A stretch of DNA of 38,291 nucleotides. Source: Bacillota bacterium. Its GTDB lineage: Bacteria; Bacillota; Clostridia; Lachnospirales; Lachnospiraceae. Of the stretch, positions 28,410 to 37,834 are shown in pieces (the first letter of the stretch is position 1; each line of letters begins with the position of its first letter). The DNA is taken from assembly GCA_023437885.1 (NCBI GenBank), contig JAEZFH010000008.1, forward strand, positions 1 to 38,291. The letters are read 5' to 3'. The notes beneath the pieces are model-generated. The model saw only the letters and a list, made by a program, of their open reading frames with translations. It was not told where the DNA came from and made no database searches. Both the position numbers and the translations under genes were made by a program.

Positions 28410-29726
28410 TTATTCAGTATAAAATTCTGGTAAAATTTCTGATGCTGATTCTACAAAAGCGTTTGTATCCTTATCCATAATTAATTTTTGCGCATAATCT
28501 CTCATTGTATTTCTAAGTCCACTTGGCCAAATTGCGTTGAGACTTACAAATATATCGCCGTTAGCCATTTTTTCAGTAACTGCTGATAATTCTGCAACAT
28601 TAGACTTAACACCATTTATTACATTTGGAGAGCCTTCATTGTCACAATATATTTGTGCATTTTCTGCTTGACTTAAAAATTTCAAAAATAACATGCATTC
28701 CTCTGGATATTTTGTAGTATTAGAAACCGCAAAACTGGTATCAATACTTATTGGAACTTTGGTATTCTCACCTGTAGGATTAGGGAATGGAATCATAACC
28801 ACCTTAATGTCAGGATTATATGATTTTAATGTAGTAAGTGTCCATGTTCCATTAATAAGCATAGCGCCTTCACCATTTACAAAGTTCTGATAAGATGCTT
28901 CTTGATCTACACCAACAGAATCACTGGTTGTATATTTTACGATATCTGCCTGCGTCTTTGCATATGTTGTCATTGTTGTCGAATCCTTAGCCGAAAGATC
29001 TCCTGCAACAATTTGTCTGAATTCTGCATCCGCATTATCATTGATAATACCCATAATACGTTCCATTCTCTGTCCAACTACACCTAAATCTTTATCTGCA
29101 CAGATGAACGGTGTAATACCTGCCTGCTGTAACTTCTCTGCCGTAGCCATCAGCTCATCATATGTTGTTGGAATTGCAATTCCTTGCTCTTCAAAAATAT
29201 CTGTTCTAATAAATAAACCGTAAGCACTTAAAGAATAAGGAAGTCTCCAGTTCTTATCATTGTATTCGGATAATGCTAATGTATCCGCTGCCACATTGTT
29301 CAGGAATTCCTGTCCTGTCAGGTCCATAATGATACCTTCCTCGAACATAACCTCATATGAATTATTTGTTGAACAGCTAAATAAATCCGGCATCTCATTC
29401 GTTTGTGCTCTAGTTGTAATAACCGTTTCAAAATCAGCTGTTGTAGTTTGTGTCACTTTAATGTTCTGATTTTCTTTTTCAAACTTTGCAATCAGTTTAT
29501 TCATACCTTCAATTGCTTCTGTCTCGGTCTTATGGTTTAGATACTCTATCTCAACCACTTCATCTGATGTTTCTTCTGTTTTTGCTTCTGGTGTCTCTTC
29601 TTTTTTTGTTTCTGATGTTTCTTCTGTTTTCGTTTCTTCTGTTGTTTTTACTCCGCAGCCTGTTAATAAGCTACCCGCTAAAACAATTACTAATAATACA
29701 GCAATTAATTTTTTCGCTTTTCTCAT
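28410..29726 (-). CDS. Sugar ABC substrate-binding lipoprotein (MsmE-like)
   Basis: Lipobox LTG-C, Glu/Thr-rich linker, IPTTYDEL, FVNGEGAMLINGTW. Confidence 0.9.
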   Translation of the reverse strand: MRKAKKLIAVLLVIVLAGSLLTGCGVKTTEETKTEETSETKKEETPEAKTEETSDEVVEIEYLNHKTETEAIEGMNKLIAKFEKENQNIKVTQTTTADFETVITTRAQTNEMPDLFSCSTNNSYEVMFEEGIIMDLTGQEFLNNVAADTLALSEYNDKNWRLPYSLSAYGLFIRTDIFEEQGIAIPTTYDELMATAEKLQQAGITPFICADKDLGVVGQRMERIMGIINDNADAEFRQIVAGDLSAKDSTTMTTYAKTQADIVKYTTSDSVGVDQEASYQNFVNGEGAMLINGTWTLTTLKSYNPDIKVVMIPFPNPTGENTKVPISIDTSFAVSNTTKYPEECMLFLKFLSQAENAQIYCDNEGSPNVINGVKSNVAELSAVTEKMANGDIFVSLNAIWPSGLRNTMRDYAQKLIMDKDTNAFVESASEILPEFYTE

Positions 29727-29953
29727 ATTACCCTCCCGGTGATTTATTTATTGTTTTTACAACTATTATTATAATAACTTACATCTTTTCTTCCATCTCA
29801 TTTTCTAATATTACTTATCATTTTTTAAGAACATTATGTATTTTGACGATTTTAGATATTACTAAATGCATTTTGTATTGCATTATGCTAAACCGCTTTG
29901 TATAATAAACTATATCATATCGATATTAACTTCTTTAGGTAGAGGACATAATT

Positions 29954-31801
29954 ATGAATAAAGAACAATTATACACAAGACTTCGAAAGACTTCTATTAA
30001 AAACAGACTACTTTTCCTTTTCCTAGTTCAAGCCATTATTGTTTTATTATGGTGTTTTACCTTAGTTAAGCAATCTGTATCAAATTATACGGACTCCATT
30101 TCCTTTCATAATGCACAAATAATCAGTACCTTTCAAGAAGATATTGATTCGGCAATAAACACTCTTTCCTCCGTAACCAAATTTCCTATTATTAATTATG
30201 CATATAGGGATTCTACCATTCTAAATGAGCTTGCAAAAGAAACCCATTCACTTAAGAACTATACCTATAATAAAATTATCCAAAAAGACATTGCTACTTT
30301 ATTGGATATGAATACAAATATACATCTAATATCTGTTATGGATAAAACCGGCTCACATGTCTATTGTACAAGTAAAGACACAAGTTCCTATTATACAGCC
30401 ATCGATTCACCAAACTCCGGCTATTACCAGAAAGCAGTTGCTGCAAAAGGCAAACTTGTCATTATGGAAGCCTCTGTTTTTGAATCACTTAATATTTCTT
30501 CTCCTGAGGATGGTATATATGGAATACGCGCTCTTTACTCTATCAAACCATATCAATCTGTCGGAGCTGTATTATGCTGTATTGACATGAGTTATGGGAT
30601 GACTTTCTTTCAATTAAGCAAGTCCTTTCCAGAACAAAATATCGGTGTTTATGAACCGAATGGCAGTTTTCTGGTTGGAAGTATTTCAACCGATTTATAT
30701 AGTACACTAAAAGAACAGCAAAAAGATAATCTTGTAACAAATCAGCTCTATACAAGTGTTTTGAAAGTCAATAATAGATCCATGCTTTATCATTATGCAT
30801 TATCCGACAAAAACTACCTATGCGTTGTAGAAACTCCTTATTCATTAATTATTTCAAAAATAGTAGAGACAAAGTTTTTGTTATTCTTCTTTCTAATATT
30901 ATTAGTAATCAGTATGATTTCAATTACGATTCAATTGGTTAAAAGTATAGAATCTCCTATTCGTAAACTATCTAAAGCATGTGAGGAGATAAAAGAAGAG
31001 AAATTTGGAATTATAGTAGACGACAATGCTTCTGATGAAATGAACGAATTAATACAATCATTTAATTCGATGTCAAAAAAAATACATTATCTAATCGAAG
31101 AGGTGTATCATAAAGAATCCATTCAATTAAAAACAGAACTCCAATTTTTACGTTCCCAGATAAATCCGCATTTTGTTTATAACACATTAGAAACAATTCG
31201 TTCCTCTGCTTTATTGAATAATAATACTGCAATTTCTGAAATGACATCTCTGTTTGGCAAGATTTTACGATATGGAATATCTAACTCTGCAACGTTGGTT
31301 CCTGCAAAAACAGAACTAGATAACTTAATTGATTATATTACTTTGCAGAAAATACACTTTAAGGATCGACTTATAGTAAATATGAACATTGAATCAGAAA
31401 TATACAATTGCAATCTGATAAAGCTCATATTGCAGCCTCTGGTTGAAAATAGTATTTATCATGGCATCACTACCATCAGCCATATCGGAATTATTGATAT
31501 TTTAGGTTATTGTGATTCGGATACCCTTATATTTAATGTCAGCGACAACGGAATCGGTGTAAGTGAAGAAAAGGTAACTCTGATTAATGATTATATAAAT
31601 GAAAGAAATAGTGCCTTTAAGGGTATTGGTCTTAAAAATGTAAACCGAAGAATTCAGTTGTTTTACGGAAATGAATATGGTATCACGTTTCATTCTGTTA
31701 TTAACAGCGGAAGCCTTATCATACTTAGAATTCCAATTACCACGATAAAGGATAAAAATATAAGTGAGGATGGAATAAATGATAAGCATATTAGTAGTTG
31801 A
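29954..31801 (+). CDS. Sensor histidine kinase, YesM/LytS-type (2 TM, Cache-like, HAMP)
   Basis: LRSQINPHFVYNTLE, LQPLVENSIYHG, DNGIG, GIGLKNV. Confidence 0.93.
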   Translation: MNKEQLYTRLRKTSIKNRLLFLFLVQAIIVLLWCFTLVKQSVSNYTDSISFHNAQIISTFQEDIDSAINTLSSVTKFPIINYAYRDSTILNELAKETHSLKNYTYNKIIQKDIATLLDMNTNIHLISVMDKTGSHVYCTSKDTSSYYTAIDSPNSGYYQKAVAAKGKLVIMEASVFESLNISSPEDGIYGIRALYSIKPYQSVGAVLCCIDMSYGMTFFQLSKSFPEQNIGVYEPNGSFLVGSISTDLYSTLKEQQKDNLVTNQLYTSVLKVNNRSMLYHYALSDKNYLCVVETPYSLIISKIVETKFLLFFFLILLVISMISITIQLVKSIESPIRKLSKACEEIKEEKFGIIVDDNASDEMNELIQSFNSMSKKIHYLIEEVYHKESIQLKTELQFLRSQINPHFVYNTLETIRSSALLNNNTAISEMTSLFGKILRYGISNSATLVPAKTELDNLIDYITLQKIHFKDRLIVNMNIESEIYNCNLIKLILQPLVENSIYHGITTISHIGIIDILGYCDSDTLIFNVSDNGIGVSEEKVTLINDYINERNSAFKGIGLKNVNRRIQLFYGNEYGITFHSVINSGSLIILRIPITTIKDKNISEDGINDKHISS

Positions 31802-33290
31802 TGATGAAGTGTTAATTCGCCAATCTATATTGAAAATGCTAACTACTCACTATGGTGAGCAAATAAATCTATATAATGCAGAAAATGGTTTAAAGGCAAT
31901 AGAACTTATCTCTGCCATCTCCATTGATATCATTATTTCAGATATTAAGATGCCAATTTGCAACGGTATAGAGATGTTGAGAAAGCTAAAGAACATGAAT
32001 TACGCAGGCGATATAATTATTTTAAGTGGTTTTGATGATTATGATTTGGTGCGTGATGCACTAAAGCTTGGTGCAACAGACTATTTATTAAAACCTTTAC
32101 AGAATTCTGAGTTCTTTAACTTATTAGATGGTTGTACAAAGCGAGCTATACACCGAGAATTATACCATACTCAATTTCCAACTGAGACAATCTATTCTGA
32201 AGGAAATCTATATGAGCAGCAATACACGTTAGAGCAATTAATCTCAAACGATAGTTCCACTCTATCTGCTTATTCCTCCTATTCTCATTGTCTTATGGTT
32301 TTTGTAGATATTTTTTATCAGAAGCCTTTTTCTAAGGGTGCATTAAAAAAGGCTTATTTATATGAAGTAGAAAATCATTTTTCTGCTTTTTCAAAATCCG
32401 AATGTACAATAATTCAAGGAGAATCTGATAATTTATGGCTGATCGTGCTCTTTTGTCAGGAATACACTGATTTTTCCTGTGTGAATAGTTTTATGAACAA
32501 ATGTAAAGATAGGCAGATTAAGGTAAGTAGCAGCAGCCTCTTCCTTATCGATGAATTATCAAACGCATACAAGCAGGGTTTAAGGAAGTTGGATTCTTGC
32601 TATTTTGACCTTCCTAGTATTGTGCCTACCCATCCTGAGGCATTTCCTTATCCAAAGCAAATGGAAAAACTAATTGATTATATTTATCAATTCGAATTTA
32701 TACCAAGTTGTAATATTCTACAGAATCTTTTCTATAATATTAATGCAGAAAAACCTCCGGTTGTAGAAATCAGGAGACTTTTTACCGATTTCATCTATAG
32801 TATTATGCAAAAAAATAATAGTTATATCAAAATAATAGGTAAATATAAACTGACAGAAAATGATATTGTTCAAATTATATCAAATTCTTTTAGCCTTAGT
32901 CACTTAAAGAAAGATTTTATTCGAATCTTTGATATATATATGAAAGAGGCACGAGAAAATTCAATTCAAAAAGATGAATACTATATTCGTAAAGCCAAAG
33001 AATATATTGATCATGAATTTCGCAATGATATTAATTTGAATTCACTCTCGCAGCATCTAAGCATTCATCCAAACTACTGCAGTGCAATCTTTAAGAAAAA
33101 GAGTGGTATGACATACTTAGCATATCTGCGTAAGGTTCGTATTAAGGAAGCCTGCCGGCTTATGGAGACAACTAACATGAAACTCTATGAAATCGCTGAA
33201 AAAGTTGGTTACCATGATACCGTCCACCTAAATCGAGCATTTCAAAAAGAAACGGGCCGACCACCTAGCTTATATAACAGAAGACTATAA
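31779..33290 (+). CDS. Response regulator with C-terminal AraC HTH (YesN-type)
   Basis: ILVVDDE, DIKMP, DYLLKP; C-terminal YEIAEKVGYHDTVHLNRAFQKETG. Confidence 0.93.
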   Translation: MISILVVDDEVLIRQSILKMLTTHYGEQINLYNAENGLKAIELISAISIDIIISDIKMPICNGIEMLRKLKNMNYAGDIIILSGFDDYDLVRDALKLGATDYLLKPLQNSEFFNLLDGCTKRAIHRELYHTQFPTETIYSEGNLYEQQYTLEQLISNDSSTLSAYSSYSHCLMVFVDIFYQKPFSKGALKKAYLYEVENHFSAFSKSECTIIQGESDNLWLIVLFCQEYTDFSCVNSFMNKCKDRQIKVSSSSLFLIDELSNAYKQGLRKLDSCYFDLPSIVPTHPEAFPYPKQMEKLIDYIYQFEFIPSCNILQNLFYNINAEKPPVVEIRRLFTDFIYSIMQKNNSYIKIIGKYKLTENDIVQIISNSFSLSHLKKDFIRIFDIYMKEARENSIQKDEYYIRKAKEYIDHEFRNDINLNSLSQHLSIHPNYCSAIFKKKSGMTYLAYLRKVRIKEACRLMETTNMKLYEIAEKVGYHDTVHLNRAFQKETGRPPSLYNRRL

Positions 33291-33312
33291 GTTTATAATC
33301 CTTATTGGCAGC

Positions 33313-33477
33313 TGTTTTCCTAGATCGTTTTCTTGAGCAATTTCACATCGCATACCGAATCCGGTATACGAATATGCAAACCGCCGAGAACTTTTGCACC
33401 GTATATTTTCAGCAACCGTGCCGTACATCCTGCACATCTCCGCTGAATGCACCCATCGTTGCCATGCAGAGGATTTC
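33313..33477 (-). pseudogene. Internal fragment of an EFR1-type flavodoxin/ferredoxin gene
   Basis: ILCMATMGAFSGD, a frameshift, then AGCTARLLKIYGAKVLGGLHIRIPDSVCDVKLLKKTI*. Recalls the TMGxFSGDGAG...GGLHxxMPD motif of that family (from memory, not searched). Confidence 0.6.
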
Positions 33478-33541
33478 TTATAATTGGATCCTTAACTGGA
33501 TCCTTGCGAGGATGCCTTTTTGTTCTACCGTGTCCGCAGGC

Positions 33542-33581
33542 AGCAAATGCCCATCATGGTTCACTGCCAATACGGACATTT
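33542..33581. repeat. Hairpin, direct-repeat copy 2; probable recD2 terminator
   Basis: AGCAAATGCCCATCATGGTTCACTGCCAATACGGACATTT, about 70 nt past the recD2 stop. Confidence 0.85.
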
Positions 33582-33648
33582 ATTCGATTTTTACGATTTT
33601 CTTTAATCTTCTCTTGATCCCACTGGATCAACCCATTCCCATGCTTTT

Positions 33649-35943
33649 CTATGTAATCGCATCATAATTTGATTCTTCCGCAACAAGTCGATTTTGCTTT
33701 CTATTCTGTTCTGCTATCTTTGCTTCCACAACCTCCAGATAGGAAATCACTTTATGTTCTTCAACAGACTTAGCATTATCTCCTGTCAGCCGTTCCTTTA
33801 GTAGTGTATTTCGTTTCGTGACGGTTACTTGCTTCACTGCATAAGCAAGTGCCTTCTTTGTTCCCACTATAACCAATATCTTCTTTGCTCTGGTGATTCC
33901 TGTATAGATCAGATTTCGCTGAAGCATCACATAATGATTCATGAGAATCGGCATTACCACGATCGGGTACTCAGAACCCTGGGCTTTATGGATGGTAGTA
34001 GCATAGGCATGAACGATTTCATCCAATTCAGTTACATCATACAGGGTCTCTCTGCCATCAAAAGCCACTTTTAAAGAACGGTCTTCCAAATCAACGGAAG
34101 TAATAATCCCTATATCTCCATTAAAAACCTCTTTGTCATAATTATTCTTAATCTGCATGACCTTGTCATTGATACGAAATACAAAACCACTTCGACGCAG
34201 TCCTTCTCCAGTGGGATTCAGTGCTTCCTGCAATAAAAGATTTAGATTAGCCGCTCCCACAACTCCTCTTTGCATGGGTGTTAGGACCTGAATCATGGAC
34301 GACGGTGTTTTATAGTATTTGGGAAGATTATTTTTTACCAGTTTTACAATCTCCGAAGCAGCCTCCTCCGCATCATCTCTCTGAACAAAAAAGAAATCAG
34401 TATCCTTTCCATTGGAAATATCAGGCATTTTGCCTGCATTTATTTTATGAGCGTTCATAATAATACGGCTGGTCTGTGCCTGCCTGAAAATTCTGGTAAG
34501 ACGAATCACCGGAAACTTGTCCGCTTCAATGATATCTCTTAATACATTGCCTGCTCCAACGGATGGAAGCTGATCAATATCTCCCACCAAAATAAGCCTC
34601 ATATTTGGCGGTATGGCCTTTAATAGGGAATTCATAAGAATGATATCGATCATGGAGCATTCATCTACAATCAACACATCTCCCTCCAATGGCTTCTCTT
34701 CATTTTTCTGATAACCCTCCGGAGGCTTATATTCTAATAAGCGATGTATAGTTTTTGCTTCAAGAGCGGTTGCTTCCGTCATTCGCTTTGCCGCCCTCCC
34801 CGTAGGAGCTGCCAACAAAATGCTCAGACCATAAGCACGATACGCCGCAATGATCCCCTGTGTGGTAGTCGTCTTGCCTGTTCCGGGACCGCCTGTCAGC
34901 ACCATCACCTTGGCAAGTGCTGCCTGCCGGATGGCATCCGCCTGAACCTCGTCATACTTTATATTTACTGTGGCTTCAATTCTCTCCACATCCACAGACA
35001 GATCATAATTCCCTGTTTCTATTCGTGCTTTCGCAAGACGAAGCCAAAGCTTATCTCCTGCCGGCTGCGCTGCAAGCTTTAACAGCTTATTCGCAGTTCC
35101 GGTTTCTGCATAATAGAATGGCGGCAGGTAAATGGCTTCCTCTTCCTGAATTAAATCCTTTTCTTTCAACATCTGAACCAGGGTCAGAACAATATATTCC
35201 TGCTCTGCCTCCAATAGCGCCACAGCCTTTTCAATCAGCTGCCCTTTCACTGCAAAAACATGACCCTCATCAGCAAGTTCACTAAGGGTATACATGACTC
35301 CGCTGCGCAGGCGCACATAGGCTTCCTTTCCAAAGCCAAGCTTTTCTGCAATACTGTCTGCTGTCTTAAACCCTATCCCCCAGATATCATCCGCCAGACG
35401 AAATGGATTTTCTTTCACCTTATCAATGCTTTCATTCCCATATGCCTTATATATCTTGGCTGCAAAGGATGTGATGACACCATGATCCTGCAAAAAGAGC
35501 ATGATATTTTTTACCTCTTTTTGCCGCTCCCAGCTTTCTTTGATCATTTGGACACGTTTTATCCCAATGCCTTCCACTTCAATCAGAATATCCGGATTAT
35601 CTTCAATGACAGAAATGGTATCCGTTTCATATTTTTGAACAATTTTTTTAGCGAACTTCGGTCCAATCCCTTTGATCAAGCCGCTGCCAAGATATTTTTC
35701 AATTCCGTAGATGGTAGCCGGCATGGTTTCTTCCCATTTTTCTGCCACAAACTGCCTGCCATACTTCGTATCAAGCTTCCACTCTCCGTCAATCAGTAGA
35801 ACCGAACCAACATTCGCATCCAAAAGACTTCCTACAACGGTGACCAGATCATCATAGCCCTTTACATTCACCTTAAGAACAGAATAACCGTTCTCCGGAT
35901 TCTGATAAGTAATACGTTCCACTATGCATCTTATTTTGACCAC
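33649..35943 (-). CDS. recD2: ATP-dependent RecD2-like DNA helicase (SF1B)
   Basis: HhH motifs (IKGIGPK, VEGIGIKR), Walker A GGPGTGKT, IVDE, LVGDIDQL, FRQ, YATTIHKAQGSE. Probable start is GTG 35943 (MVKIRC) after GGAG; the ORF track gives 35952. Confidence 0.95.
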   Translation of the reverse strand: MVKIRCIVERITYQNPENGYSVLKVNVKGYDDLVTVVGSLLDANVGSVLLIDGEWKLDTKYGRQFVAEKWEETMPATIYGIEKYLGSGLIKGIGPKFAKKIVQKYETDTISVIEDNPDILIEVEGIGIKRVQMIKESWERQKEVKNIMLFLQDHGVITSFAAKIYKAYGNESIDKVKENPFRLADDIWGIGFKTADSIAEKLGFGKEAYVRLRSGVMYTLSELADEGHVFAVKGQLIEKAVALLEAEQEYIVLTLVQMLKEKDLIQEEEAIYLPPFYYAETGTANKLLKLAAQPAGDKLWLRLAKARIETGNYDLSVDVERIEATVNIKYDEVQADAIRQAALAKVMVLTGGPGTGKTTTTQGIIAAYRAYGLSILLAAPTGRAAKRMTEATALEAKTIHRLLEYKPPEGYQKNEEKPLEGDVLIVDECSMIDIILMNSLLKAIPPNMRLILVGDIDQLPSVGAGNVLRDIIEADKFPVIRLTRIFRQAQTSRIIMNAHKINAGKMPDISNGKDTDFFFVQRDDAEEAASEIVKLVKNNLPKYYKTPSSMIQVLTPMQRGVVGAANLNLLLQEALNPTGEGLRRSGFVFRINDKVMQIKNNYDKEVFNGDIGIITSVDLEDRSLKVAFDGRETLYDVTELDEIVHAYATTIHKAQGSEYPIVVMPILMNHYVMLQRNLIYTGITRAKKILVIVGTKKALAYAVKQVTVTKRNTLLKERLTGDNAKSVEEHKVISYLEVVEAKIAEQNRKQNRLVAEESNYDAIT

Positions 35944-36134
35944 CCGGTTCATCTCCGATCTGCTTCATCGAACTCGTTTCATTGCGGATGCCATTGCCAT
36001 CTGCTTTCAATTCATCATTCGTCGATATTTATTTTAGTGTAAAGGCTTTAAACGATGATGTCCAGTGAAATTTGTTCCTAGTAACAGGCACCAAGTAACC
36101 CATTTTAATCAAAGTTTGAATTGGTGAGAGTGAA

Positions 36135-36235
36135 ATTGCCCCGTGTATGGCTTCATGTATTACTTTATGTATTGCTTCATGTATTGCCTCATGTTCATGT
36201 ATTGCTTTATGTATTGCTTTATGCATTGCTTTATT
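36135..36235. repeat. Imperfect 12-bp tandem array (~8 units, consensus ATTGCTT(T/C)ATGT)
   Basis: Units attgccccgtgt, atggcttcatgt, attactttatgt, attgcttcatgt, attgcctcatgt, (tcatgt), attgctttatgt, attgctttatgc, attgctttatt. Confidence 0.9.
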
Positions 36236-36277
36236 ATAGAATAATTTGTTGTATTTTGTAATATATGGAAGTATAAT
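36233..36277. promoter_or_regulatory. Overlapping divergent sigma-A-like promoters
   Basis: Minus strand: TTACAA (36261-36256), 17 nt, TATAAT (36238-36233). Plus strand: TTGTAT (36249-36254), 17 nt, TATAAT (36272-36277). Confidence 0.45.
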
Positions 36278-36383
36278 TATATTGTATGTGTTTCGTGAAA
36301 AGTAAACCCTTTCTTGGGGAAATACACTTCGTGCCTTTCTCACAGTGAATTTGTATGTCGCTTACGCGTCAGATGGAGGTTAC

Positions 36384-37241
36384 ATGGATCAACATAGCAT
36401 CATAAAGCTTATTCAGAATTCAGGCTATTTGCCACAGATACCAAAAGAGTTTGGTGATATCATTCATATGTTTCTGCAGCCATGTGAATTTAATGTAGAT
36501 CAGTGCGTTGAATGCTTTACCCGGTTTCCGAAATTGGAGGCGTATCTTATTCAGGAATTAAACTATCATGCCAAGCTAAACCGGGAAATACATACAACGA
36601 AGGACGCAATAAATTATTTAGGAGCCAAAAATGCAAAAATTATTGCTCTATCCTATGTTACACGATTGCTGCTGCCGGATTATCAAGGAAGAGCTTTGAT
36701 CTTTAATAATAAAAATTATTGGAAGCATTGCCTGGGTACATCAATTGCGGCGTACATGATCGCAACGGAAACCAATTTATGTAACCGGGATAAAATGTTT
36801 ACTCTCGGACTGATTCATGACATCGGCATAACGATATTAAATATTTGCTTACCGGATTATCTGGACCGGATTTTTGAATTACAGTTAAAGGGTCTTCATC
36901 AAATTGTTGCAGAAAAAATAGTCTTAAATGGAATTACACATGCAGAGATCGGTATGTGGATCTGTAGAGAGTGGAATTTACCGGAGGAAATCGCTGTGGT
37001 AGTTGGATACCATCATACCCCCTTACTGTGTAAGACTCATGTGGAGGAGGTTGGAATAATGCACTTAGCCGACTCCATCAGCACCAATTATTACGAAAAA
37101 TTATTAGGTAATAAATCAACGTTTATCTATGCAGAAAAGATCACCGAAGCTTTAAATGTAAATAAGGAGTTCATTGCTGCTGTAGCGGAAAAACTGCCTT
37201 CGGCTATTGAGAAATTGAATGATCGGATTCGGATATATTAG
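36384..37241 (+). CDS. Stand-alone HDOD domain protein
   Basis: ATG 36384 after GGAGG. LPQIP, AINYLG, YWKHCL, GLIHDIG, THAEIG...WNLP, YHHTP and HLAD motifs. Confidence 0.88.
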   Translation: MDQHSIIKLIQNSGYLPQIPKEFGDIIHMFLQPCEFNVDQCVECFTRFPKLEAYLIQELNYHAKLNREIHTTKDAINYLGAKNAKIIALSYVTRLLLPDYQGRALIFNNKNYWKHCLGTSIAAYMIATETNLCNRDKMFTLGLIHDIGITILNICLPDYLDRIFELQLKGLHQIVAEKIVLNGITHAEIGMWICREWNLPEEIAVVVGYHHTPLLCKTHVEEVGIMHLADSISTNYYEKLLGNKSTFIYAEKITEALNVNKEFIAAVAEKLPSAIEKLNDRIRIY

Positions 37242-37251
37242 TTGTAAACAA

Positions 37252-37277
37252 CAAGCCTTAGGAGCACCTAAGGCTTG
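37252..37277. terminator. Hairpin between convergent HDOD and tspO genes
   Basis: CAAGCCTTAGG-AGCA-CCTAAGGCTTG. Confidence 0.7.
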
Positions 37278-37279
37278 CA

Positions 37280-37750
37280 TCAGTTCAACACTGCTACTCC
37301 AATATTCAGATAAGTGGCAAAGAGAAGCCAGAACAGATAGGGAAGCATCAGATAACCCGCTGTCTTATTGAGCTTCCAAAACCGCAGCGTGGTCATAGCA
37401 ACCAATACAACCAATATCAGAATCACTGCTACAGACAGCCCATACCGCTCAAAACGGAAAAATGCAATCGGCCACAGGAAATTCACAAACATCTGTACCC
37501 AGTATAAGGTAATCGCCTGCCGGCGTTCCTGCGACAGCGGTACTTGGTAGATCAGGTAGGCCGCAATTCCCATCAAAAGATAAAGCACAGGCCAAACAAC
37601 TCCAAAAAGCCATCCAGGCGGTGACAGCGGCGGTTTTATAAACGATGCGTAAAAATGACCTGTATTACCGGCAAACAAACCGCTGAGAATGCCGATCAAC
37701 TCTGTAACCAATATAATTTTAAGGAGCAGATACCAATCAATCTTTTTCAT
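37280..37750 (-). CDS. tspO: TspO/MBR family tryptophan-rich sensory protein
   Basis: KPPLSPPGWLFGVVWPVLYLLMG, NFLWP..FF, LPYLFWLLFATYLN. Confidence 0.93.
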   Translation of the reverse strand: MKKIDWYLLLKIILVTELIGILSGLFAGNTGHFYASFIKPPLSPPGWLFGVVWPVLYLLMGIAAYLIYQVPLSQERRQAITLYWVQMFVNFLWPIAFFRFERYGLSVAVILILVVLVAMTTLRFWKLNKTAGYLMLPYLFWLLFATYLNIGVAVLN

Positions 37751-37834
37751 TTAGATACACCCCTGTACAGTATATGTCTGCCTCTGCATCTTTATTAGTA
37801 GCTTAATTAAAGGTCCGCAAATTATTGTAACACA

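Noticed and set aside
14805..29726. Both ABC importers lack an ATPase gene
   Set aside because: This is normal for Firmicute carbohydrate ABC systems, which share an MsmX/MsmK-type ATPase encoded elsewhere.
33305..33667. 120-aa plus-strand ORF
   Set aside because: No RBS or recognisable motif. It spans a terminator and lies antisense to the EFR1-like fragment and the recD2 end.
36135..36235. Tandem array as a CRISPR array
   Set aside because: Units are 12 bp and contiguous, with no unique spacers, and there are no cas genes.
36280..36383. c-di-GMP or other riboswitch upstream of the HDOD gene
   Set aside because: I could not find the conserved GEMM-I or GEMM-II motifs by eye.
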